DNA of 64,000 nt from Macrostomum hystrix (taxonomy: Eukaryota; Animalia; Platyhelminthes): NCBI GenBank assembly GCA_950097015.1, contig CATNEN010000001.1, forward strand, positions 6,262,001 to 6,326,000. The letters are read 5' to 3'. The notes beneath the pieces were generated by a model that saw nothing but the letters and a program-made list of their open reading frames with translations, had not been told where the DNA came from and searched no databases. The first letter of the stretch is position 1; every line of letters begins with the position of its first letter. Both the position numbers and the translations under genes were made by a program. Below, piece by piece: positions 23,066-33,770 of the stretch.

Positions 23066-25802
23066 GGGGCGCCACTACTGGGGGCACCGCTACTCGTACT
23101 ATGGGGCACCGCTACTCGTACTATGGGGCACCGCTACTCGTACTATGGGGCACCGCTACTCGTACTATGGGGCACCGCTACTCGTACTATGGGGCACCGC
23201 TACTCGTACTATGGGGCACCCCACTACTCGTACTATGGGGCATCGCTACTCGTACTATCGGGCGCCAGTACTCGTACTATGGGGCGCCACTACTCGTACT
23301 ATGGGGCACCGCTACTCGTACTATGGGGTGCCACTACTCGTACTATGGGGCACCACTACTCACACTATGGGGCACCGCTACTCGTAATATGGGGCACCGC
23401 TACTCGTACTATGGGGCGCCACTACTCGTAATATGGGGCACCGCTACTCGTACTATGGGGCGCCACTACTCGTACTATGGGGCACCACTACTCGTACTAT
23501 GGGGCACCACTACTCGTACTATGGGGCACCGCTACTCGTAGTATGGGGCGCCACTACTCGTACTATGTGGCGCCAGTACTCGTACAATTGGGGCTACTAC
23601 TCGTACAATCGGGCGCCACTACTCGTACTATGGGGAACCACTACTCGTAGTATGGGGCACTGCTACTCGTACTATCGGGCGCCACTACTCGTACTATGGG
23701 GCGCCACTACTTGTACTATGGGGCACCGCTACTCGTACTATGGGGAACCACTACTCGTACTATGGGGCACCGCTACTCGTACTATGGGGCGCCACTACTC
23801 GTACTATGGGGCGCCACTACTCGTACTATGGGGCGCCACTACTCGTACTATGGGGCGCCACTACTCGTACTATGGGGCACCACTACTCGTACTATGGGGC
23901 ACCACTACTCGTACTATGGGGCACCGCTACTCGTAGTATGGGGCGCCACTACTCGTACTATGTGGCGCCAGTACTCGTACAATTGGGGCTACTACTCGTA
24001 CAATCGGGCGCCACTACTCGTACTATGGGGAACCACTACTCGTAGTATGGGGCACTGCTACTCGTACTATCGGGCGCCACTACTCGTACTATGGGGCGCC
24101 ACTACTTGTACTATGGGGCACCGCTACTCGTACTATGGGGAACCACTACTCGTACTATGGGGCACCGCTACTCGTACTATGGGGCGCCACTACTCGTACT
24201 ATGGGGCGCCACTACTCGTACTATGGGGCGCCACTACTCGTACTATGGGGCGCCACTACTCGTACTATGGGGCGCCACTACTCGTACTATGGGGCGCCAC
24301 TACTCGTACTATGGGGCGCCACTACTCGTACTATGGGGCACCGCTACTCGTACTATGGGGCGCCACTACTCGTACTATGGGGCACCGCTACTCGTAGTAT
24401 GGGGCGCCACTACTCGTACTATGTGGCGCCAGTACTCGTACAATTGGGGCTACTACTCGTACAATCGGGCGCCACTACTCGTACTATGGGGAACCACTAC
24501 TCGTAGTATGGGGCACTGCTACTCGTACTATCGGGCGCCACTACTCGTACTATGGGGCGCCACTACTTGTACTATGGGGCACCGCTACTCGTACTATGGG
24601 GAACCACTACTCGTACTATGGGGCACCGCTACTCGTACTATGGGGCGCCACTACTCGTACTATGGGGCGCCACTACTCGTACTATGGGGCGCCACTACTC
24701 GTACTATGGGGCGCCACTACTCGTACTATGGGGCACCACTACTCGTACTATGGGGCACCACTACTCGTACTATGGGGCACCGCTACTCGTAGTATGGGGC
24801 GCCACTACTCGTACTATGTGGCGCCAGTACTCGTACAATTGGGGCTACTACTCGTACAATCGGGCGCCACTACTCGTACTATGGGGAACCACTACTCGTA
24901 GTATGGGGCACTGCTACTCGTACTATCGGGCGCCACTACTCGTACTATGGGGCGCCACTACTTGTACTATGGGGCACCGCTACTCGTACTATGGGGAACC
25001 ACTACTCGTACTATGGGGCACCGCTACTCGTACTATGGGGCACCACTACTCGTACTATGGGGCACCACTACTCGTACTATGGGGCACCGCTACTCGTAGT
25101 ATGGGGCGCCACTACTCGTACTATGTGGCGCCAGTACTCGTACAATTGGGGCTACTACTCGTACAATCGGGCGCCACTACTCGTACTATGGGGAACCACT
25201 ACTCGTAGTATGGGGCACTGCTACTCGTACTATCGGGCGCCACTACTCGTACTATGGGGCGCCACTACTTGTACTATGGGGCACCGCTACTCGTACTATG
25301 GGGAACCACTACTCGTACTATGGGGCACCGCTACTCGTACTATGGGGCGCCACTACTCGTACTATGGGGCGCCACTACTCGTACTATGTGGCGCCACTAC
25401 TCGTACTATGGGGCGCCACTACTCGTACTATGTGGCGCCACTACTCGTACTATGGGGCGCCACTACTCGTACTATGGGGCACCGCTACTCGTACTATGGG
25501 GCGCCACTACTCGTACTATGTGGCGCCACTACTCGTACTATGGGGCGCCACTACTCGTACTATGGGGCGCCACTACTCGTACTATGGGGCGCCACTACTC
25601 GTACTATGTGGCGCCACTACTCGTACTATGGGGCGCCACTACTCGTACTATGTGGCGCCACTACTCGTACTATGGGGCGCCACTACTCGTACTATGGGGC
25701 ACCGCTACTCGTACTATGGGGCGCCACTACTCGTACTATGTGGCGCCACTACTCGTACTATGGGGCGCCACTACTCGTACTATGGGGCGCCACTACTCGT
25801 AC
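23066..25802. repeat. 22-bp minisatellite, ~2.7 kb, with higher-order repeats
   Basis: Same unit as the 11131 array. A variant block (TGTGGCGCCAGTACTCGTACAATTGGGGCTAC) recurs at ~23566, 23961, 24422, 24817 and 25124. Confidence 0.95.
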
Positions 25803-26497
25803 GAGGGCATTTCTTCTCGTAGAGGATGGCAGGATCCTTTTGATAGCCTGGCATCTGTTCAGCTTCACCTGAACAGGTTGAAGGCTTAACTTTGACTAAC
25901 TGCCAGAATTTTATCCTTGGGATGACAGACATGAGTGTTGAAAATTCTTTTTTCTTGTGTCTCGCCTCCTCCTCTTGTTTTGTAACTGAGCATATTTCTT
26001 GCATCAGTTTTTGCAGGAGAATATGGTTATTTGGGATTGACACTAAAAATGCAATGAATTTTCACATTTGATTGACTGTAAGGTAAAGGCAGGACAGCCA
26101 TGTAAAATGATTTATTAAATCAACAAGACAACTTATCGAAACCTCAGACTTTCCATTTTTTGCAACCATGTATAACATATACGAGTCCCTGTAACAAATG
26201 TTTATCAATGTTGATTGACGGAATTCCAGCTCGAGAGAATTTTTTGCTTGAGATAGATTTAGGATAAAAAAGTTGTTAGCCTTGTCATATAGAGTTTCCA
26301 TTGTAGACTAATCTGTCTGCAATCTATTTCTATATGACGCATGGGTTGGATTGGATGTGACCATTTTCACAATAATTGGTGACTTTTAACATGCAGCCAG
26401 CGAGAAGGAAATTATGCTCATTCCACTGACTCCTGAGACTCACAGAGACACAATGATGTGCACATCACGCTTAAAAAATCGTTGGGGTGTCGCGTCT

Positions 26498-26692
26498 CAC
26501 AGTCCATGGACTGAACCGCTGTACTGAAGCACAGCAGAGGGGGGTCGCCACACCCAACCCTTAACCCAGCTGATGCTGGTACCCATTTAACAGCTGGGTA
26601 AACTGAAGCAATGCAGAGTTCAGTGTCTCGCTAAAGGACCAATTGTTCCATTTGAGTCAGGAATCGAACCCCCGACCTTCAAGTCGTTAGTC
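26498..26692 (-). mobile_element. SINE family B copy
   Basis: CAGTCCATGGACTG...GCTGGTACCCATTTAACAGCTGGGT...CAGGAATCGAACCCCCGACCTTCAAGTCG. Confidence 0.7.
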
Positions 26693-26767
26693 CCATATTT
26701 CTATGTTTCTAACTCCTCGCAATAATTCACTAGGTTTAATTAAGGTTATATACGAGTTGCATACATC

Positions 26768-26920
26768 TGTAAGCCGCCGAAAACGAGATTGTAGCGTAGA
26801 CCAAATTCTCGCCACTTTAAGGCGTCAACTCACTCGCTTATATTTTGACGATTAATGTACATCATTGTACAGCATGCAAACGTACATAGCGCGTGCAAAC
26901 ATGTTGCCAACAATCTTACA
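26768..26920 (-). repeat. 3' LTR (153 bp)
   Basis: Identical to 31711-31863; preceded on the minus strand by polypurine tract GAAGAAGGAGAG (26924-26935). Confidence 0.95.
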
Positions 26921-27156
26921 ATGCTCTCCTTCTTCGAAAAAAAAGTGTTCCACTCACTTTTACAATATTCGAGTTTCTAATTTAATAAAAAAAAGAACGA
27001 GTTATTTTGTAAAAAAAAATATTTATATTACGAGCGTATTGTTGCAACAGTAACTCAATGGAATAATAAAATAGGAAGATAAAATGAAAAAATATTGATC
27101 TGATATAAAAAAAACTGATCTGACAGCAGCGTTTGCAAAAATATCTAACATTATTT

Positions 27157-30100
27157 TCAATGGGTATAAACTTCACCGAAAAACTCTGGAGGAGCACGGG
27201 TCCTTTCACTGCGACGTAATTCGACAACGATAGGGGCGCCGGCTGGGGCGCCGGCTGGGGCGTCGACTGGAGCGCCGACTGGGGCGCCGACTGGGGCGCC
27301 AGCTGGGGCGCCGACCGGGGCGCCGACTGGAGCGCCGACCGGGGCGCCGACTGGAGCGCCGACTGGGGCGCCGACTGGAGCGCCGACTGGGGCGCCGACT
27401 GGAGCGCCGGCTGGAGCGCCGACTGGGGCGCCGACTGGAGCGTCGACTGGGGCGCCGACTGGGGCGCCGACTGGGGCGCCGACTGGGGCGCCGACTGGAC
27501 TGGCCGCCTTGCAGGACTTCAGGCGATTGAAGTGCACGACCCGCTTCTTCCGCGCGTTGGTCTCGAGCTGAATGCGGTAGATAACATCCGAAATTTTCTT
27601 TTTAATACGCCATGGCCCGGTCCACCAGCGGTGAAATTTGCGGCACTCACCTTGCTTGAGTGCTGGATTGTGTAGCCATACCAGATCGCCCTCGCTGAAA
27701 GCTTCGCCGTGGCACCGCTTGTCGTACTCCACCTTCTGGTGCAGCTGCGCTGTCTCCAGGCTTTGCCTCGCCCTCTCGTGCGACGTCTGCATGCGGGTCC
27801 GCAATTCGGCCACCCACTCGCACGGGCGGCGGTCGTCAGGCGCCAGACCTCCGTAGGCCAAGTCCAGCGGCAGCCGTAGTTCCCGGCCGAGATGCATCGC
27901 CGAGGGTGTCTGACCAGTTGACTTGTGTACTGAAGTGCGGTAGCCCATGAGTGCAATCTGCAGATGAAGGTCCCAGTCTCGCTGGTTCTCGTTCACCCAG
28001 GCTCGCAGCAGCTGCACCAGCGTCCGGTTCATCCGTTCGCAGCCGCCGTCTCCTTCAGGGTGATAGCCTGTCGTCCGCGTTTTGTCGATCTGCAACATCC
28101 GCATCGTCTCTTTAAACAACTGCGACTCCCAGTTCCGGCCCTGGTCCGTGTGCACTGACTGCGGAACTCCGAAGCGAGCCACCCACTCGTTGACAAATGT
28201 GCGGGCTGTAGTCTCAGCGTCTTGGGATGGCAGTGGGAAGGCCTCGGTCCATTTGCTGAAGGTGTCGATGACGACCAGGATAACTGAATTTCCTCGCTCA
28301 GTTCTCGGCAAGCCCACCATGAAGTCCATTTCAAGTCGCTGACCAACGCTGCCGATTGCCATGCTCTGCAGAGGCGCCCGCCTGTGCTGACCGGAGTCCT
28401 TCAGTCTTGCGCATTCACTGCACGTGGCGCACCAGTCAGAGACGTCTGCTGTCATTCCAGGCCAGTAGAGTCGCGCCCTGATCTTTTCGATGGTCTTCTG
28501 CGTACCGCAGTGGCTGCCGCTCGTTCCAGCATGAGCTTCGGCGAAAACATCGTGCTGCAGACTTTCCGGCACCACCAGCTGCTGACAAATGGCGCTGCCA
28601 TCATCTGACTCCCACCGGCGGCACAGCAGACCGTCTACCAGCGTCAGCCGCTGGAACTCGGACAGAAGCTGCCGCTGCCGATTGCTCCAGCTATCTGTCT
28701 CCGCCTTTGCTGGTTGTCCGCCAGTTCGCAAATAGTTCGCCAGCTGCTGCATGCACCGATCCGCTGCCTGGGCTCGCCGAATTGCGCTGTCATCTTTGAA
28801 CTCGACAGAGAGGGCAGAGCCGCTGCACAGGCAGGGATCTTTTCGACACGGTCGCCGACTCAGTGCGTCTGCATTGCCATGTTTTTCGCCCTTGCGGTAC
28901 TCAGTCTGGTAGTCGAACTCGCTGAGTTTGTCCAGCCACCGGGCCAGCTGACCATCAGGATCTCGGAAACGCAGCAGATGAATCAGCGATGCGTGGTCAG
29001 TGCGCAGGGTGAATTTCTTTCCCAGCAAATAGCTGCGATAGTGACCGACGAAGTGCACAATTGCCAGCAACTCTCGTCTCGTTGTGCAGTAATTTCGTTC
29101 TGCCTTGGACAGGATTCGACTGCCGTACGCCACCACCTGTGTCCTGTCACCACGGCGCTCCTGTAGAACTCCTGAGATAGCCACGCCGGAGGCATCGGTG
29201 TCCAGCACAAACTCGGCGTCTTCTGCGAATGTCGGCATGATGAGGACCGGGCTGGATGTCAGGCACTGCTTCAGTTGATTGAATGCCGCTGAGCACTCCG
29301 GAGACCAGTTGAAAGCCACATCCTTCTGCGTTAGTTCGTACAATGGCGCAGCAATCTCGCTGTAGTTTTTGACGAACTGACGATAGTAGCCGCACAGTCC
29401 CAGAAACTGCCGCACTTCTGAACGGTCCTCAGGCATTGGCCACTCCTGTACTGCCTTTGCCTTGTCCGGATCAGTTGTCACACCGTCCTTGGAGATTCGA
29501 AAGCCAAGAAAAGAGATTTCTTGATAGCACAAGTGGCACTTTGTCGGCTTTAACTTCAGATTTGCGGTTCTAAATTTCTGCAGCACAAGCTGAAGTCTCC
29601 GAAGATGCTCCTCGAATCCTTTCGAAAATATTACTACGTCATCGAGAAATGATAGACACACTTCCCACCGAAGACCCTTCAGCACAAGTTCCATCAGTCT
29701 CGAGAATGTGGCAGGCCCGTTGCAGACTCCTTGAGGCAGCCTCTTGTACTGGAACAATCCCTGTGGCGCAGGAAATGCCGTTTTTTCACGACTCTCCGAG
29801 TCCAACATCACCTGAGAGTAGCCGCTGGTGAAATCTAGCGTCGAAAACATCGTGGACCCTGCCAAGGCGTCGATCAGATCGCTGGTGTGAGGCAGTGGAT
29901 GACTGTCCTTCACGGTCACAGAGTTGAGCAGTCTGAAATCGTTCACGAAACGCAAACTACCGTCCTTCTTCTTCACCAGGATGACTGGGCTCGACCATGG
30001 AGAACTCGACGGCTCTACGATGTCGTCTCGCACCATCTGCTCGACCATCTCCGACACCGCTCGCTGGTTCGGAGGCGATAACCGCCGAGGAGGTACTCTG

Positions 30101-30201
30101 ATGGGCTGGGCCGACCCCGTGTCGATTTTGTGGTCTAGCAGTGTAGTGCAGCCCAGGTCGTTCGGACTCTTTGAAAACACATCTCGGTACTGATGCAGCA
30201 T
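27157..30201 (-). CDS. pol: Gypsy pol: reverse transcriptase, RNase H, integrase (disconnected from protease)
   Basis: RT: SPWSSPVILVKKKDGSLRF, LPQG, FLDD. RNase H: LDTDAS, ELLAI, TDH. Integrase: HHCC zinc motif, D-D-E (EMDF, HTDQG, CERMN) and GPW motif. C-terminal (PVGA)n. Confidence 0.95.
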   Translation of the reverse strand: MLHQYRDVFSKSPNDLGCTTLLDHKIDTGSAQPIRVPPRRLSPPNQRAVSEMVEQMVRDDIVEPSSSPWSSPVILVKKKDGSLRFVNDFRLLNSVTVKDSHPLPHTSDLIDALAGSTMFSTLDFTSGYSQVMLDSESREKTAFPAPQGLFQYKRLPQGVCNGPATFSRLMELVLKGLRWEVCLSFLDDVVIFSKGFEEHLRRLQLVLQKFRTANLKLKPTKCHLCYQEISFLGFRISKDGVTTDPDKAKAVQEWPMPEDRSEVRQFLGLCGYYRQFVKNYSEIAAPLYELTQKDVAFNWSPECSAAFNQLKQCLTSSPVLIMPTFAEDAEFVLDTDASGVAISGVLQERRGDRTQVVAYGSRILSKAERNYCTTRRELLAIVHFVGHYRSYLLGKKFTLRTDHASLIHLLRFRDPDGQLARWLDKLSEFDYQTEYRKGEKHGNADALSRRPCRKDPCLCSGSALSVEFKDDSAIRRAQAADRCMQQLANYLRTGGQPAKAETDSWSNRQRQLLSEFQRLTLVDGLLCRRWESDDGSAICQQLVVPESLQHDVFAEAHAGTSGSHCGTQKTIEKIRARLYWPGMTADVSDWCATCSECARLKDSGQHRRAPLQSMAIGSVGQRLEMDFMVGLPRTERGNSVILVVIDTFSKWTEAFPLPSQDAETTARTFVNEWVARFGVPQSVHTDQGRNWESQLFKETMRMLQIDKTRTTGYHPEGDGGCERMNRTLVQLLRAWVNENQRDWDLHLQIALMGYRTSVHKSTGQTPSAMHLGRELRLPLDLAYGGLAPDDRRPCEWVAELRTRMQTSHERARQSLETAQLHQKVEYDKRCHGEAFSEGDLVWLHNPALKQGECRKFHRWWTGPWRIKKKISDVIYRIQLETNARKKRVVHFNRLKSCKAASPVGAPVGAPVGAPVGAPVDAPVGAPVGAPAGAPVGAPVGAPVGAPVGAPVGAPVGAPVGAPVGAPAGAPVGAPVGAPVDAPAGAPAGAPIVVELRRSERTRAPPEFFGEVYTH
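27233..27497 (-). repeat. 12-bp coding tandem repeat giving (PVGA/PAGA)n at the integrase C-terminus
   Basis: GGGGCGCCGACT units on the plus strand, in frame within pol. Confidence 0.9.
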
Positions 30202-30309
30202 GTTGAGTCAGTGAACGACCAAGAAATTGAGCATGGACCCGATGTTGTAGCGCAAGTGCATATCGATGAGAACAATCTGACAGCCAATCAAGTCCGAAGT
30301 GTCAAGGAT

Positions 30310-30899
30310 ATGCTGCACTCACCATTAACAGCAGTCGCTGATCCAGTCGCAAGTCTCGCAGGAAACACGATTTCATGACCAGCGGGTACAGTTGTACGGT
30401 CCACCACTTCAACGGCGAATGCACCACTCCCTTGTGCTGAAGATTCCATTTTTACTAGCTGACCGCACACACTGAGCGTTTGCCGATTGCAGTCGATGAT
30501 GCAGCCACAACTTCTCAGGAAATCTGCACCCAACAAAAAATCCTTCGCCAGATCGTTGACGATCAACACCTCCTGCCGAACAGTCGCAACACCGAAACTC
30601 AGCTGCACTTCCTGCCAACCACAGGCTGCCAAATAGTTGCCGTCTGCTAGCTTCAGATGCACGGGAGTCGCCAACGGCAAGAGTTTCTCATTCAGCTTAC
30701 GAAACAGGGAACTCGACATCAGCGACTGTGAACACCCAGTGTCAACCAAACAGCTGGCAGGGACACCCATCGGCAGAATGCGGCACTGCACCAGCATGTT
30801 GGCGCCGGTGGCTGAGCAGGACACCTCCAGGACTGGCTGCGCCGGGATTCTCACTTGCGGAACGGCACCCCGGCGGTCGCCGCTCCATTGAAGTTTCCC
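30310..30899 (-). CDS. Gypsy aspartic protease region, in the -1 frame relative to gag
   Basis: LVDTGCSQSLM catalytic motif and FLLGADFL; entered through the slippery site G GGA AAC (30899-30893). Confidence 0.85.
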
Positions 30900-31681
30900 G
30901 ACTTCTGAGAGCAGAATCTTTGAACGTGGCCCGGCTTACCGCACCTCCAGCACGTCACGACTCCACGTCTGTCGCCGCTTCCACGACGATCTTGCTCTTT
31001 CGACTCCAGACGGCTGAGCTTGTTCGACAGCTCCTGCAGAGACCGCTGAATTCCAACAGCAAAAGCCTCGGGGGCCTCAGCAGCCAGTGCAATGGCGGCG
31101 CCTCCTTGTGACTGCACTGATTCGACGAACTTCGCTGTTTCCACCGTCTCAGTGAACGTCGCTTTCGGCTGCATCTGCGTCTGCATCCGCACAGCTGGGT
31201 TTCTCAATCCAGAAAGAAACCGACCTTTGAGCAGCTCATCCTTCGCTGTCACTTCCGTCATCCTGCGCTCATCAGTCGCAGGCTCCTCTAGACTTGGAAA
31301 AGCGCGCTTCACCGCGATGACCAGGGCATCGGAGTACTCTGCAACCGACTGCCCGTCCTTCTGAGTAAGGCTGAAGAACTGGGCTTGCAGCTCAGCAGAG
31401 GATGCAGATGGCCGGAAACGACTGAGCAAAGCCTTTTCAAAATCGCTGTAGGAGTGGGCAGCTGCCAGATTGCTGGCCGCTTGGTACGCTTTGTCATCGA
31501 GGAATGTCAGTAGAGCATTTTTGCGCTGATCCTCCGGAAAGGACGATGCAAAGTTGTTGAAACGCGCCAGCCAGAGCTCAAAATCTTGCCCATACTGGTA
31601 TTGGGGCGGTCGCAGAAACATGTTGACAAAACTGGCTTGCGCTACAGCCACTGCAGGGCTCTCTGCACTAGCACTGCTCAC
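30851..31681 (-). CDS. gag: Gypsy gag with CCHC zinc knuckle
   Basis: CWRCGKPGHVQRFC; first in-frame ATG at 31621 (MFLRPPQY..DFELWLARF). Confidence 0.9.
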   Translation of the reverse strand: MSSASAESPAVAVAQASFVNMFLRPPQYQYGQDFELWLARFNNFASSFPEDQRKNALLTFLDDKAYQAASNLAAAHSYSDFEKALLSRFRPSASSAELQAQFFSLTQKDGQSVAEYSDALVIAVKRAFPSLEEPATDERRMTEVTAKDELLKGRFLSGLRNPAVRMQTQMQPKATFTETVETAKFVESVQSQGGAAIALAAEAPEAFAVGIQRSLQELSNKLSRLESKEQDRRGSGDRRGVVTCWRCGKPGHVQRFCSQKSGNFNGAATAGVPFRK

Positions 31682-31698
31682 TTTTTTTCATAGCCACA

Positions 31699-31709
31699 CG
31701 CTGCCACCA
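31699..31709 (-). promoter_or_regulatory. Primer-binding site, probably tRNA-Leu
   Basis: TGGTGGCAGCG lies 1 nt after the 5' LTR and is complementary to ...CGCTGCCA-CCA, the 3' end of animal tRNA-Leu(AAG/TAG) as I recall it. Confidence 0.7.
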
Positions 31710-31710
31710 A

Positions 31711-31863
31711 TGTAAGCCGCCGAAAACGAGATTGTAGCGTAGACCAAATTCTCGCCACTTTAAGGCGTCAACTCACTCGCTTATATTTTGACGATTAATG
31801 TACATCATTGTACAGCATGCAAACGTACATAGCGCGTGCAAACATGTTGCCAACAATCTTACA
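31711..31863 (-). repeat. 5' LTR (153 bp)
   Basis: Identical to 26768-26920. Confidence 0.95.
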
Positions 31864-32617
31864 CATCTATTGTCATTTACTTGACTAAAGTCAATTTTGT
31901 CCAAGTGATACTTGTAATTGGGCTCTGTTACATTTTAGTGCCAGTGTCAGACCATGAGATATGGTTAAACATTTGTATTTAACGTACATTTCAGCAAAAA
32001 ATAATAGAAGTATCGATAGATGACAAAAATGAGCGTACTGCTTTTTAAACTTGCTAAAATATTAAACAAGATTCGTTAGCAAGGCAGGAAATATTTTAGG
32101 TAAAACTTTTACGTTAGAATTGTAACAATTGCTCGATCGTCAGAATCATTCCAAGTTGGTAGTCAGCGATGACTTACTTGACTTAAGTTGCAATTGTCTC
32201 AAATCTGTTCATGATTTCGGTAATTCGATTGATCGACATGGAGTGATCAGGCGGTCCGCAGACTTGTTCAGTAGGACGCGGCCATGCAAGTCCAGGTTAG
32301 CTCCCTTGCAGTCTTCACGCAGTTGATTCCATTGCAGAAGGAGCCACCGCTGCTTCCTCCGCGGTTAGAAACTGGTGCAGCGCCACCGCCGCTGTAGCCT
32401 CCGCCGCCGCTGAAGCCGCCGAATCTTGAGCTCACGCAGCAGCGGCCGCTGGCGCCGCCTCCGCCGCAACCGCCGTTTCCAGTCGGACCGGTCGGGCGGT
32501 GCCAGGCCGTGTCGCGTCCCATAGTCGATGGACTGAACTACTGTACAAGACCACAACAGTTTTTCACGGAATGACACAGTCTCTCCCGGAATGGCACAGT
32601 CTCTCCCGGAATGACAC

Positions 32618-33770
32618 TGTAGTGTCGGCATGTTTTTATAATGCGTATATTTCTACTTGTAGTAACTTATTCGCGCACGTCAATATTATGAATTATTTTA
32701 ATGTATCTTATAGGTTAGTTGTTTGTACATGCGCACCCCAGCCAGGCCTAACACGCGACCGGCCGGTCACCCCTGCTCTACAGCCAAGGCATCAGACTAG
32801 CCCTGGTCTGGTGGGCCAACCAATGGGAGGACGGCTAGCCGATTGAAGTGAACCGACTTAAGTGCGACACCCCGAGCCGGGCCAATCAGCAGCCGGTTCG
32901 TTAACCGGCAGGGTCGACCTGGCAGAAGAACAAGCGGCGCGGCCGGCACCCAGGCTTTGATGAGGGCTGGGGCGGGCGCTTGACTATAAAACTGACTATT
33001 GCGCTGAAATATTGTTCTCATGTGATTCTGGTCTCGCGTTTGACCTTGCTCTTGCTCTTGATCTTGATATTGTTCTCATTCGTGTTACGCATCCTAGTAA
33101 ATAGATACCGGGACAGGTAAACCGGTCCAACTAGTTAGTCAAAGAAACCCCCACACTCAACCCCACGTCAGTAAGTAGCTTGCGCTGAGCTCGGTACGTC
33201 TGGCCAACTGCTGACGGAGTGTTAGATAGGGATTGGCAAGCACGGAAGCACTCTCCATATCGCCGACAATCATCGGTGGGACGCCGTCGAACAGACATTA
33301 GGTGTGGCACGATAGAACTATCGTTGTGCCATAGTGCAGAAGTACTTGCTGGTCGCCTCGGTTTTATGTTAGGGATTTTGGTTAGGTTTCGCGTTATTTG
33401 TCTTGTTTGTTATAGGGACTATCTGTTTGTCTAGGATTTATTTGTGTTATTTATCGTGTCGTATTATCGAGTAGAGTTCGTGTTTTGTGTTGCGGTTATC
33501 GAGATTTTGTTAGTGCGAATTGTGAATTGGATTGAATTAAGTACAGTACCTGGCAGGGGACGAAAGAGCGCTGCCAGGAGAATTGATCAGTGATCATAGC
33601 TTTCTCTTATTTACTAATTAACACTTAAATATCAGCTGTTTAGCTGGGAATTTGAATCGTCTTGTCTTCGTTATTTCGAGTTGCGAAAAGAGAATCTCTC
33701 ACAAAGAGTAGGACACCCGACCTCATTTAGGAATCTCAACGTAAAGAGAGACCTAAGTCAAAATATCACA
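32618..33770. mobile_element. Probable solo LTR (1153 bp) inserted in a ~21-bp minisatellite
   Basis: Begins TGT, ends ACA. The 4-bp TSD ACAC exactly splits the unit GGAATGACAC|AGTCTC. Confidence 0.7.

Larger units (their letters stand above)
26768..31863 (-). mobile_element. Ty3/Gypsy LTR retrotransposon, 5096 bp, recently inserted but internally rearranged
   Basis: Identical 153-bp LTRs (26768-26920, 31711-31863; TGTAAG...CTTACA), 4-bp TSD CATC, PBS, PPT, and gag-PR-RT-RH-IN order. Confidence 0.97.

Noticed and set aside
10966-25889. Long ORFs such as (MGHRYSYYGAPLLVLWGTATRT)n, (IPQLTM)n, (PPVDND)n and (STGGSL)n
   Set aside because: They are translations of 22-bp and 18-bp tandem arrays that are open in several frames at once; no splice or start context supports coding.
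25780-26301. Two short minus-strand ORFs as exons of another gene
   Set aside because: No recognisable domain, and no consistent splice model could be built.
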